A stretch of 58,119 nt of DNA, filler included, from Callorhinchus milii (taxonomy: Eukaryota): assembly GCF_018977255.1 (NCBI RefSeq). It is 2 parts of 2 records of this genome, joined end to end, with 100 filler letters (N's around TTAATTAATTAA, not from the genome) between each part and the next. Parts side by side here need not be neighbours in the genome. Positions count along the whole stretch, not along the records: positions 29,113 to 58,119 come from NW_024705660.1; 1 more part is not named here. One strand, written 5' to 3'. The notes under the pieces were generated by a model. The model was not told the origin of the DNA, searched no databases, and saw only the letters and a list, made by a program, of their open reading frames with translations. Position numbers and translations under genes: made by a program. Position 1 is the first letter of the stretch. Every line of letters starts with the position of its first letter. Shown here piece after piece: positions 47,601-58,119 of the stretch.

Positions 47601-48719
47601 NNNNNNNNNNNNNNNNNNNNNNNNNNNNNNGAGTAGCTAACGATACCCCAGTCGACTATCAGATAAGAGTAGCTCTATGGTGCCATAGTGATTCAGAGCG
47701 CTACCATGTTGCGAGAAACCATCCACGAGTTCCTGGCCCGGCTCGTTAGGGGGCCAGTGGCTTGTTTTCGTGAGTGCGGCGGAAAGAATTGGACCAATAA
47801 GACCATGCTGGTCTCGCAATACTGCGGTAATGAAGTTATGTTAGTTGCATAGGCTCTCGATTGAATAGGGGGTGACACTGACCATAAACCAGATGTTTTG
47901 AACGTCGCGGCTTGGAATTTCACAGTATTTACGTCATCGGCCCGCGAGCGCAGAAGCGGTCTTGGTGTTACAAAGTTAAGACATGTACCCGCGCACCGGA
48001 ATTACACGGAACGCGTCGGCCCGCAGTAACTGGGATACGCGGAGTGGTGCACCCTACAACTTTTCAACCTCCGGCCGAGATGTATACTCTAGAGAAGGGC
48101 AATGAGATAGAATTTAACGTCTTAAAACATCGCTGGTGCTAGGAAATACTACTCTATCAATGGCTTTAGTATTCATAACTGTACTATAAGTTAGTTGAGG
48201 ATTAACATCTCATTATCACACCCCCATCGGAATAGTTAAAAGTTCTTCTATCTGGTGATGCAGGGTCCGTCGGGGTTAGGCGAGTTTATGTGTAATGTGT
48301 ACCAGGAGTGGTAAGTTAACCAAGTGATCCAAGGCCTGCCCCCAGGATGTCGTCAGTTCGTCCTTGGGATCATGTAACATACCGCATTGCGACGTAGCGC
48401 CGTCTGGGGTCTTGAACCACCCCCGAAAGTACGTTATAGCTCTAATGGGCACAAGGGGCCCCGCCCCCGCCGTTACTGGGGCATATACTTCTGGAAGAAG
48501 CAAGCTGGCTCAGCTTAATTATGCTAATAAGTGGGGTGGAAGCATCCTTATGCTCTTACTATCCCGGCTGGGTTAAGGCACGTGGTGCGCCGAGGGTTTG
48601 AGGCCCATAAAATTACTAATAACTCTAAACCTAGAAAGCCGCCCGATGTGAATCTATACTTTCCCCATACTCTAGGTTATGTCTCGATTTGACGATGGAC
48701 GATGCCGAGATCTTCTTTG

Positions 48720-49690
48720 AGACACATGATCCTTTTCGGCGGGACTCAACCGAAAGGGATTTTGGCGGATTGGCGCGCTGTCACCCGTGTCAATATGGTG
48801 TCGCAGCAATTTAGTACAACCAATATCAAATTTGTGTTGACTAAAAACGTCAGCAAATTCGCTCAGGAGAACTCGCAGCTGCGCGCGCTGCGAGTCGGAC
48901 AGGTCCACTGAACCCGCGCAAAGCGCATCCAGCCATCCGTCATCACAGTCCGAATGCGGTCGCGACGGAGGATCGGTGGATACCTGACCCACGAGTGGTT
49001 CCTCATAGGGTACCGGCGTTGCGTGTGCAAGCACGGTCCCTTGAGGAACCACGGCCGTTCGCGATCCCACATTAAGGACTGCAATGAAGGGGTCCCCATC
49101 CCCTCTCACCATGGTCTGAGCCGCGAGCAAATCGGGTCCATTGACCCCGGCCCGAGATGGTCCCAACAAGACCCCCCGATCCGCAACCCCTTCATTAAAC
49201 GGCCGACGCAACCTAAGAGGGACGAGCATCTGAGCCCCCGGAGGTACGCGCACAGTTTTTGTCACGAGCGCCTGCACGGTGGCAAACGCCCGACGCTCCG
49301 TGGTGGGGGAAGACAAAAATGTAACGCGTCGGCCCGATGGGAGCTCAATGCACCCCTGGTCAATCAGGATACGGATGGGCATTTTGGCCAAGAAATCCGT
49401 CCCCAACAGGCACGGAACCGCGAGTGAGGAGGAAACCAAAACAGGCCCGGATAATTTAATGTCTCCAATGCAGATAGTGGCGCGGATTTGCCCAATAATG
49501 CCCAGCGAGCCCCGTTAGCAGCATAGCATGGCACGTCAACAGGGAGCAAGGGACGACTTTGAACGGGAAGGATGTTATAAATCAAATCAGATATAATGGT
49601 CGCCGATGCCCCTGTGTCAATTAAAATCCGCACCTCTACCCCATCAATGTGACCGACCACAACCGATGATCCCGCCGACGCAGCAACGAC
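48720..49690 (-). pseudogene. Gypsy pol N-part: aspartic protease to start of RT (frameshifted)
   Basis: ILIDTGASATII, CLLGTDFL, HHIDTGDSAPIRQNPFRLSPAEK. Confidence 0.85.
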
Positions 49691-49737
49691 ACGATGGGCG
49701 AGCTCCGACCACTGACCCGGTTGGAGCGCTCGCCGCA

Positions 49738-50700
49738 TTACGAACAATCGCGCGCGACGGACGGGGAATTTGGAGCCCTGTTTAGTTGAGCGCGTGAGTG
49801 TGTGTCGGATGTGTGCGTGGGCCAAACGTGTGAGGTGCCGCGACTCGCCGTATTTCTCTGCTGGAGCTTGGGAGGAGACGGCGTGGCGTCCTGACGAGGT
49901 GTCGCCCCGCGCTGACGGGGAGCCCGGCATCCTGACGCAACGTGGCCTTGCAGGCCACAGTTGTAGCAGCGTGTGAGCGCCCCAGATGTCCTGGGCTGCT
50001 CCTGGCGGCTCGGTCCATTCCGAGCCTGTGGTGCCGCCGATCTCCATTCCCCTCGCCGCTCCACCCCGCAGACCTCCTCCGATGGGAGGGCGGTGGCCGC
50101 CATGGCATGGCCGGCCGCCCCCTTTGCCGCCTTTCGACGCAGGGACCGCAAGCCCCCGTGGATGTGGCGCGCGACCAGCAGGGACGACATCTCCGCGTCG
50201 TCTTGAGCCAGGACGTTGACGTCCAGCTCATCAGCGAGTAGCAGCAGCTTCTCAGCCACCATGGCATCCACTCCTTCCTCGTCCATCCTTGGAAAAGCAG
50301 CCTTCGCCAGGGCCAGGAGAGCCGTCCGGAAGGCCAGGGGCGATTCGTTGGCGCCCCGATGCCGATCGTGGAACAGCTGCCTGCAGTCCGAAGGCGGCCC
50401 ATAGACGGCTGACAGCAGCTGCAACGCCAGGTGTAGAGTGGCGCGCTTTTCCCTCGGCGCCGAGGTGAGGGTAGCCAGGGCGTCGTTGTCCAGCATCGCG
50501 GCAGCGCGCGTAGAGCCTCGGCGTCCGACCAGTTCGCCATCTCTTGATGAGCGATGAACCGCCTCTTGAAGCCGCCCCAGTCTCCGTCAGCGCCGACGAA
50601 TTCTTTAGAGGCGGCAGACGCTGCTGTAAGGCGCGTCCGTGGCTGCAGAACGCTCTCCGTCGCTCCCCGCCGATGATACAGTGTGGGCGGGCCGTGAGCA
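49738..50700 (-). pseudogene. Gypsy gag (frameshifted) with CCHC zinc knuckle
   Basis: CYNCGLQGHVASGC in ORF 49738-50496; 5' boundary approximate. Confidence 0.8.
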
Positions 50701-52014
50701 TGGCATCGCCGGTCGCTCTGATGTTGACGCGCCGGCCGGTGTTGATGATGTCACGGCTTGTGCTTGGCGCTCAGCAGTCACGTGACGCGGGCCGGCCCCG
50801 CCCTCCGCTCGTACTGTAGAGATGGCGGGAAATTTAACCGCGAGCCGCGTCGGGGTGGCGGGAAACGTCGCCCGCGCCGGCTGCCGTCGTCGACCCGCGC
50901 TGCCCTCCAGCCCCCAGCCGCGTGATCTCCTCCAACGCGGCGGCCGCGGCGTAGAGCAGTCCGCCAGGCGGGAGTGGGCCAGCCGGAGTCCTTCGGCCGA
51001 CGCATCCCCCCCTCCTGTCGTAGCGGCGCGGGCGTACTCGGCCCCGGCTGCTCCGATCCGACCCCGGCCATCTCTGGTGGTGATTCGGCCGCGGCGTCTT
51101 CCATCTCCGACTCCCTGGTACGTGTCGTCCCTCGTGTGTCCATCGTTGGACGTTTTACTTCTGACACCAGATGTAGTAAGTATATGGAGGCTTGACGACA
51201 GGATCGGAGGCACACTTATTTATTACACCAACACAGTTATTACAGGTCACTTGGCTACAGGGATTCTCGACAGCTAACCCCTCTAACCTATACCAATTCC
51301 TCCACTACGGGACTAGGGGAGGCTATCTGTCCCAGCTTGGTTAAGCTGGGATCCCGGCTCCCTGAGTCACCAGACCAGCTTCGTCTGGGCTCTCGGGGCC
51401 ACGCCACCGGCTTGCCCTGGTCGGCCCTTATAAGGACAGCGAGCCAGGGGAGCTCTGGGGCCTATACTAGCAGGTCTTCCGTCTTCTCTGGTTAAAGCTG
51501 AGTCCCGACCTCGAGCCCTCGAGCTCATCACCTTTTATAGGACTCGCCCCCGAGGGGGGGCCCGTGGGGGATGCACATGCGGACGTCGGTGCGAGCGCCA
51601 CCCTTGTGTACGGCCGTAACCCCGCCCCTTGTGTTTGTTGGCCATCCGTGGCCATGCATAATCACACCTCAACATTCGTAGCCATGCGCAATTACACCTC
51701 TACACAGGTAACAAGCTGAGATTAGGAGCACTCCCTTTAAGAGTGTGCTCCTAATCTCAGCTCGTTACCTGTATAAAAGACACCTGGGAGCCAGAAATCT
51801 TTCTGATTGAGAGGGGGTCAAATACTTATTTCCCTCATTAAAATGCAAATCAATTTATAACATTTTTGACATGCGTTTTTCTGGATTTTGTTGTTGTTAT
51901 TCTGTCTCTCACTGTTCAAATAAACCTACCATTAAAATTATAGACTGATAATTTCTTTGTCAGTGGGCAAACGTACAAAATCAGCAGGGGATCAAATACT
52001 TTTTTCCCTCACTG

Positions 52015-53890
52015 TAAGGGTTTAGGTTAAGGGTTCAGTGGGTTAGAGGTTTGGGGGTTTATGGGTTAGGATTTTAGAGGGTGATGGGTTTAGACCGTTA
52101 TGGTTTTAAGGGTAAAGGGGTTTGAGGGTTGGGTTTTAGAGGTTACAGTTTAGAAGGATATGGGTTTAAAGGGTTCTCGTTCAGATAATTAGGTGTTTAG
52201 AGATTTATGGGGTTTGATTGTTAAAGATTAGTGGTTTAGAGGGTTAGGAGTTTATAAGGTTATGGGCTTAGGGGTTTAGAGGTTTGGGTTTTTTAGGGGA
52301 TAAGCGGTTTAGAGGTTTTGGGTGTTTCAAGGGTTATGATGTTTCGGGGTTGAGGGTGTTAGAGGTTGAGGGTTTAGAGGGTTAGGGATTTCGGTGTATT
52401 TGGGTTAGATTTAAAAGGGTGAGTTTAGACGATAGGGTTTTAAGGGTAAAGGGGTTGAGGTTTTTTTTATTGATTAGAGTTTAGAAGGTTATGGTTTAGA
52501 GGTTCGGGGTTTAGAGAGTTGGGTTTTATAGAGGTTTAGAGGGTTCATGGGTTTTGATTGCTCTGTGTATTGGTTTACAAGGTTATGAGTTTTAGAAGGT
52601 TATGGGTTTAGAGGTTTTGATGTTTAGGGAATTAGGGGTTTATAAGGTGAGGGGTTTAGTGGGTTACGGTTTTACAGGTTTAGGGGTTTAGACGGTTTGG
52701 GGTTTGTAAGGTTAAGGGTTTAGGCAGTTAAGAGTGTTGGGGTTTATGGGTTGCCGTTTTATAGGGTGAGGTGTTTAGACGGTTGGGTCTTAAGGGGAAA
52801 GTCCTTCAGAGGATTTGGTGTTTAGAGGTTAGAGTTTAGAACGTTTTGAGTTTAGAGGTTTAGAGAGTTACGTGTTTAGAGGTTTATGGGTTTTAGAGGG
52901 TTAGGGGTTTAGAGAGTTATGTGTTTAGAGGTTTATGGGTTTCAATTGTTGGATGTTGAATGGTTTAGATGGTTAGAAGTTGAGGAGGTTATAAGGGTAT
53001 GTGTTTTAGGGGTTTAGAGGTATCGGGGGTTTCAAGGTTAAGGATTTACAGTGTTAGGGTTTAGTGGTTTGAGAGTTGAAGGTTAACACCTAGACTTTCA
53101 CAACTAATATTGTCCGTAATAAAGAGGTTTTTTTTGTTAGTCTCCAACACTTAATGGCACTTTTTTCTTGATGTGACAAATTTAATAATTGGCTGTTTCG
53201 GGTGGTGGTTGGTTTAATGACACGTTTATATTTACATAATCTAACAACAAAAAAACCTTTATGGGTTTAGAGGGTTACGAGTTTAGTGGATTATGTGTTT
53301 AGAGGGTTAGCAATTTAGGGACATTGGTATTTTAAGGGTTATGCGTCTAGAGGGTTCGTTCTTTAGAGGGTTAGGGTTTAAATGTGTTGGGATTAGGTTA
53401 CGGATTTAGGGTTTTAGAACGTTTGGGTTTTGAGGGTTAGGGTTTTAGAGGTTGAGGATTTAGGAGGTTATGAGTTCAGAGGGTTAGGGGTCTAGAGGGT
53501 TAGTTCTTTAGAGGGTTGTGGTTTAGATTGGTTGGTATTTAGAATGTTAGGGATTTAGGGTTTTAGAAGGTTAGGGTTTCAAGGTTTAGAGGGTTAGGGA
53601 TTCAGAGGGTTTGTTTTTAATGGCTTAGACGGTTAGGGTTAAAAGAATAAGGGGTTTAGAGAGTGAGGGTTTTGGTGGGTTAGGGTTTTAAGGGTAAAGG
53701 GGTTGAGGGTTAGGGGTATAGGAATTTAGAGGGTTAGGGGTTGAGATGGTTAGAGTTTTGGGGGTTTAGAGGTTAAGCTTTTAGAGGGGTTGTAAGGGTA
53801 AAGGGGTTGAGAGGGTTAGCGGTTTAGATGGTTATGGATTTAGATAGTTAGGGGTTTAGAGGGTTTTAATTGTTCGAGGTTTAGTGGTTA
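52015..53890 (+). repeat. Degenerate telomere-like satellite, right part
   Basis: Same G/T-rich motif; interrupted at ~53085-53260 by sequence containing AATAAA (53118), a candidate poly(A) signal for kinase B. Confidence 0.8.
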
Positions 53891-55249
53891 AGGTCTCTGT
53901 GCGAGTCCAACATGTTTGTATGAGTCTATGGTAAGATAAAAAGAGTTCAGTTTAATTTGTATATTTCGAAACAATTTGTTTACCTTTACTGTGATGTTTT
54001 TGTATTGTATTTTTGTTGTTATTTTCTGACCCACCCGATTGGACGTCTGTGAAAACAGATCGTTATAGCTTATCAGATTCATCCAGTATAAATAAATATT
54101 CAAATTCAAATTCTATTGACCTCTAGTGCGAATCTAAAAAATTGCCATTGAGGGTTGCGGAATCCAAGTTGAATATTAAGTTCCCTGCAGTGCAAGCCAG
54201 CTCTCTAGTCGTGTCATCAAACAGCCCCTTTAATTCTTTATAATAATAAAATAGACTTAGTCCAGGAAATCCACACTGAGTCACAGTCGGGTCCTGAATT
54301 GTTTTTTTTACATTTTCGACGAATGAATGATGAGTTCTTACACAAGTGGGGGAAACCGGAGCACCTGGAGAAAACCCACGCATACGAGGGGCAGCACTTT
54401 AAACCGTACAGGCAAAGATGGCGATTATCCCACTTTCTGTACTGCCTTCTCCTGGCCAGCCAGCCAGGAGAAGGCACCTCGATGCCCACGGGAAGGGGGT
54501 TTCACAACATTCACTGTGTGATCCACTCACCCTTGCTGCCTTCCACTGCTGGATTACAGGCTTGCAACACCACCGCCTGGCGAATAACAGTAATAATTAA
54601 AAGTTTTATAGCGCGCACAAGAACGACTCAGAGGCAGGAGGAACCACAGCCGTGCAGGAAGGAAGCCACGTGGTGAGCCAGTACCAACAATTGTCCAAGC
54701 TCTGCGGTCCTCTATGGAGGCATTATGCGCTAATTAATGACGAGTGTTTATACCAGTGGGGAAACCGGAGTACCCGGAGAAACCCATGCGTGCGAGGGTG
54801 AAACACTCTATCCCTGTACAGGTGAAGATGGCGATTAGTCCACTTGCTCTACTGCCTTCTCCTGGCGAGTCAGGTTATGGCACCTCGACGCCCACGGGAA
54901 GGTGATTTGCCAACATCATTGTGCGGTGATTCACCACCCTCACTACCTTCCACAGTGCTGGATTAGAGACGTGCGCTACCAACACCAGGCGAATGATAAC
55001 AATAATAATAACTTTCCACTTCTAACTTGATAACAATAGGCGAAAAATAACAACAGGCAAATGATAACGACAGGCGAATGAGAACAGTAATTATTATTTC
55101 CACTAAGAACTTGATAACAATAATTATTTCTACTTTTAACGAAATAACAATTATTTCTACTTATAACGTGATTACAACAATAATAACTATTTCTACTTTT
55201 AACTTGATAACAGGCGAATGATAACAAGCAAATGATAAAAACAGGCACC

Positions 55250-55545
55250 ACATCTACGCCTCTACATAAGGAACGAAACAGGTGAATGTCTCCACAAATC
55301 TGGCTGTTGCCTGATGAAGGTAGTTGTAATTACTGGCGAAACGTCGTACTCAGATTGTAAATGTTGTGGCTTGACTCTCCAACACACCGTGTGCTGTACT
55401 AGTTACAAATTGGCATGTTCTGCATATGTGACAACCCTTACTAGTTGGCTTTGTCGGATGGTGGTGGGTTTTAACAACACATTTATATATTTACGCGATC
55501 TAACCCAAAAAAGAAACCTCTATTATGGATGATATTGGTCGCGAA
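55250..55545 (+). mobile_element. Second copy of the hammerhead-bearing dispersed repeat
   Basis: Homologous to 6365-6915 without the microsatellite; CTGATGA 55311, GAAACGTC 55338. Confidence 0.6.
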
Positions 55546-55724
55546 AGTCTACGTGTTCAACAAACCCGAAGGAATCAGAGGAAAATCGACGTGACCACGA
55601 GTGAAGATGCAAACTCCAAATATACAGGCATCAGGGTTGGGGTCAAAAATAAGAATTCCAATATACCAGTTTAACACGTCGGCTTTCGCGAGGGGGTTTG
55701 CATCTCGCTCTGGTGCCTCATTAT

Positions 55725-58119
55725 CTGACTCACCCAACCACTAAACTACGAAAGCCACCCACACACTCACTCACCCACTCACTCTGCCACCACTTAACCG
55801 CTAACTCACTCGTTCAAGCACACACTCAGCCACTCAAGAACTTACCTGTGCACCCACCTACACACCCACTCATTAACTCAACGACCACCCACCAACCAAC
55901 TCAGTCACTTACTCACTCACTCTAGACTCCACTCACCCACCCGCTCACCTATTCACTCCCCCACTCACACACCCACCCAGCCACTTACCGACTCACCCAC
56001 CAAACCACCCACGCACTCAATCATCCACCTACCCACTCACCCACTCAATAAACGAAAACTTAACTATTCTCACTGTACAAGCTAAGGCCCACAGAGCTAT
56101 ATAGATCTTTTTCAAAAAGCGACCTTGTTACAAATGACACATAAATCACATATACAGTTATTGCAGCCAAATCCTCTGAATGCAAGTTTATTCTCAATGC
56201 AGAGGTAAACCCCGAGGACCCAGAGAAAAATTCACGTGACCATGGGAGAACAAGCACACTCCAAATATACAGATGACAGGGTCGGGATCTAATCACGACC
56301 ACCTGTATACTAACCCATCCCACTCACTCACCGACTCGCCCACCCGTTAATTTGCACCCCCATCTTCTCAACCACTCATCCAGCCACCCAGTCAAGCACC
56401 CACCCAGTAACACTCACCCACTCACCCAACCAAAAACCCACTAACCCATCCAGCACTCACTCACCGAGCTAATCAATTTCTAACCCATCAACTTGCTCTG
56501 CCACTGACTCTTTCAACCACAACTCACCCACGCACCCGCCCACTCACTCACCCAATCACTAACCCACTCACTTAATTTCTAACCCACCTACTACCCACCT
56601 AACCTCCTACCCACACTCACTCACCCACTCACTCACACACCCCTCACTCATCCATCCACTCACATACTCACCCAGCCACTCACCTACTCACCCAGTCACA
56701 TACACATCCACTTACCATGCCACCTACTCCATTTTAACCCACACACACACCCAACCACTCCCTCAGCTACTCACCCACTAACCACGTCATTATTCACTCA
56801 CCCACCCATCACTCAACCACCCAATAATTCAACCACCCAATAATGCAAGCACCCATTAACTCAAGCATCCACTACTACCCACGAGCCTCTCACAAGTGCC
56901 CACCCACCACTCACCAACACACTACACTGAATCTAAATTATGTTTATTTTACCAGGTAAGGCTGACAGAGCTATATAAAATATTTTTCAGAAGTGACCTG
57001 GTTACAAATGATCGGTCAACGAAGTGGCTTATCACGTAATTATTCATTGCACCCAAATAAAAAAAATGCTTGTTGATTTAAATGTGGAGGGAAATATACA
57101 GGCGTCAGGGTTGGGATAAACACACAACCTTCTGCATACCAGGCGAGGTAGTTAACATCTCGCCACTGTGGCGCCCCACTGTCTGACTTCCCCACCCACT
57201 AACCCACACACTCACTCCACTCAAACATCCACACACTCACCCACTCAAATACCCACTCACCCACTCAAATACCCACTCCCACTCAAACACCCACACACTC
57301 ACCCACTCAAATACCCACACACTCACCCACTCAATACCCACACCTCGCCCACTCAATCACCCACCACTCACTCAACTACCGACCACTCACACACTCACCC
57401 ACTCACCATGCCACCAAATCAATCACTAACTCACACTCATGCACCCAGCCACTCACTCACTCAGCCACTCACCTCCGACCCATCAACCCATCCACTCACT
57501 AATCTACCCACACACACTCACCCACTCATCCACACACTAAACTAATATTAAACATTTTTTTTATTTTACCAGGTAAGGCCCTCAGCTATATAGATCTTTT
57601 TCGGAAGCCACCTCAGCACAAATGACAGCTAAATGAAGTGGCTGTTCACGAATAAAGTTACAGCAACCAGATTCTATAAATGCATTTCAAATATGGAGGG
57701 ACAACCCGGAGAACCTGGAGAAAATTCCACGCGACCACGGGGAGAATATGCAAACTCCATATATACAGACGGAAGGGCTGGGATAAAATACACAACCTCC
57801 TGTATGCTAGGCGAGGTCGTGAACATCTCACCACCTTGGCGCCTTACTCTCTGACTCACCCATCCACTCACTCACACGCTAACTTACCCACTCACCCTCC
57901 ACATCAACTTACCCAACCAGCAGTCACTCACCCATTCCTCACCCACCCACTCGCTTACCCATCCAGTCAACAACTCACCCACTTAATTAACCACTTGCTC
58001 ACTCACCCACGACCCCTCACCAAGCTACACACTCACCCACCAACACACCCATTCACTGACTAAACTCACCCACAAACTCACGAACAAAAAAACATACCCA
58101 CTCAACCCATCGCTCACCC
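55725..58119. repeat. C/A-rich low-complexity (cactcaccca) tracts alternating with SINE copies
   Basis: Same motif as 1220-1580; no coding signal. Confidence 0.75.

Larger units (their letters stand above)
45075..51704 (-). mobile_element. Ty3/Gypsy LTR retrotransposon with apparently identical 533-bp LTRs
   Basis: LTRs 45075-45607 and 51172-51704 (TG..CA); PBS TGGTGTCAGAAGT (51169-51157, tRNA-Leu-like); G-rich PPT ~45608-45620; gag-protease-(RT/RNase H missing)-integrase order. Confidence 0.95.
37354..52014 (-). mobile_element. Tc1-family (Passport-like) DNA transposon, ~1.6 kb native length, carrying two nested insertions
   Basis: ~200-bp TIRs CAGTGAGGGAAAAAA.. (37354-~37555 / ~51811-52014), TA TSD on both sides; subtracting the inserts leaves ~1602 bp. 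Confidence 0.95.

Noticed and set aside
52015..53890. True telomere or chromosome-healing site
   Set aside because: Highly degenerate, no long perfect (TTAGGG)n run, and ordinary sequence continues beyond it.

Overview
Eukaryotic, intron-rich, repeat-dense DNA; the composition and transposon content suggest a lamprey or other basal vertebrate (inference, not proven). The window is two ~29-kb pieces joined by an artificial N44-TTAATTAATTAA-N44 linker (29013-29112). Left piece: a 10-coding-exon class-2 DYRK-derived kinase gene (minus strand, ATG 12665) with its own GC-box promoter. Upstream of it on the same strand lies a contactin-like Ig gene that appears to stop after Ig4 and splice into a basic, His/Thr-rich terminal exon. 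Right piece: a paralogous kinase (plus strand, same exon phases) that splices into a Glu-repeat tail ending in a basic amphipathic helix plus Cys. Its 3' region is a degenerate telomere-like satellite holding a Passport-like Tc1 element, which is itself interrupted by a 6.3-kb head-to-head Penelope palindrome with hammerhead ribozymes and by a Gypsy LTR element with an unusual ~67-bp hairpin target duplication. Best candidate for something undescribed: both kinases keep DYRK architecture but have replaced the DYRK/CMGC activation segment (YTYIQSRFYR[A/S]PE) with xxVGGTLP[Y/F][M/Q][A/S]PE, losing the autophosphorylated Tyr and the CMGC Arg. Both carry 1-nt indels in short base runs (sequencing error versus pseudogene unresolved). 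Two ~1-kb random-looking blocks after 30-N gaps look like artefacts.
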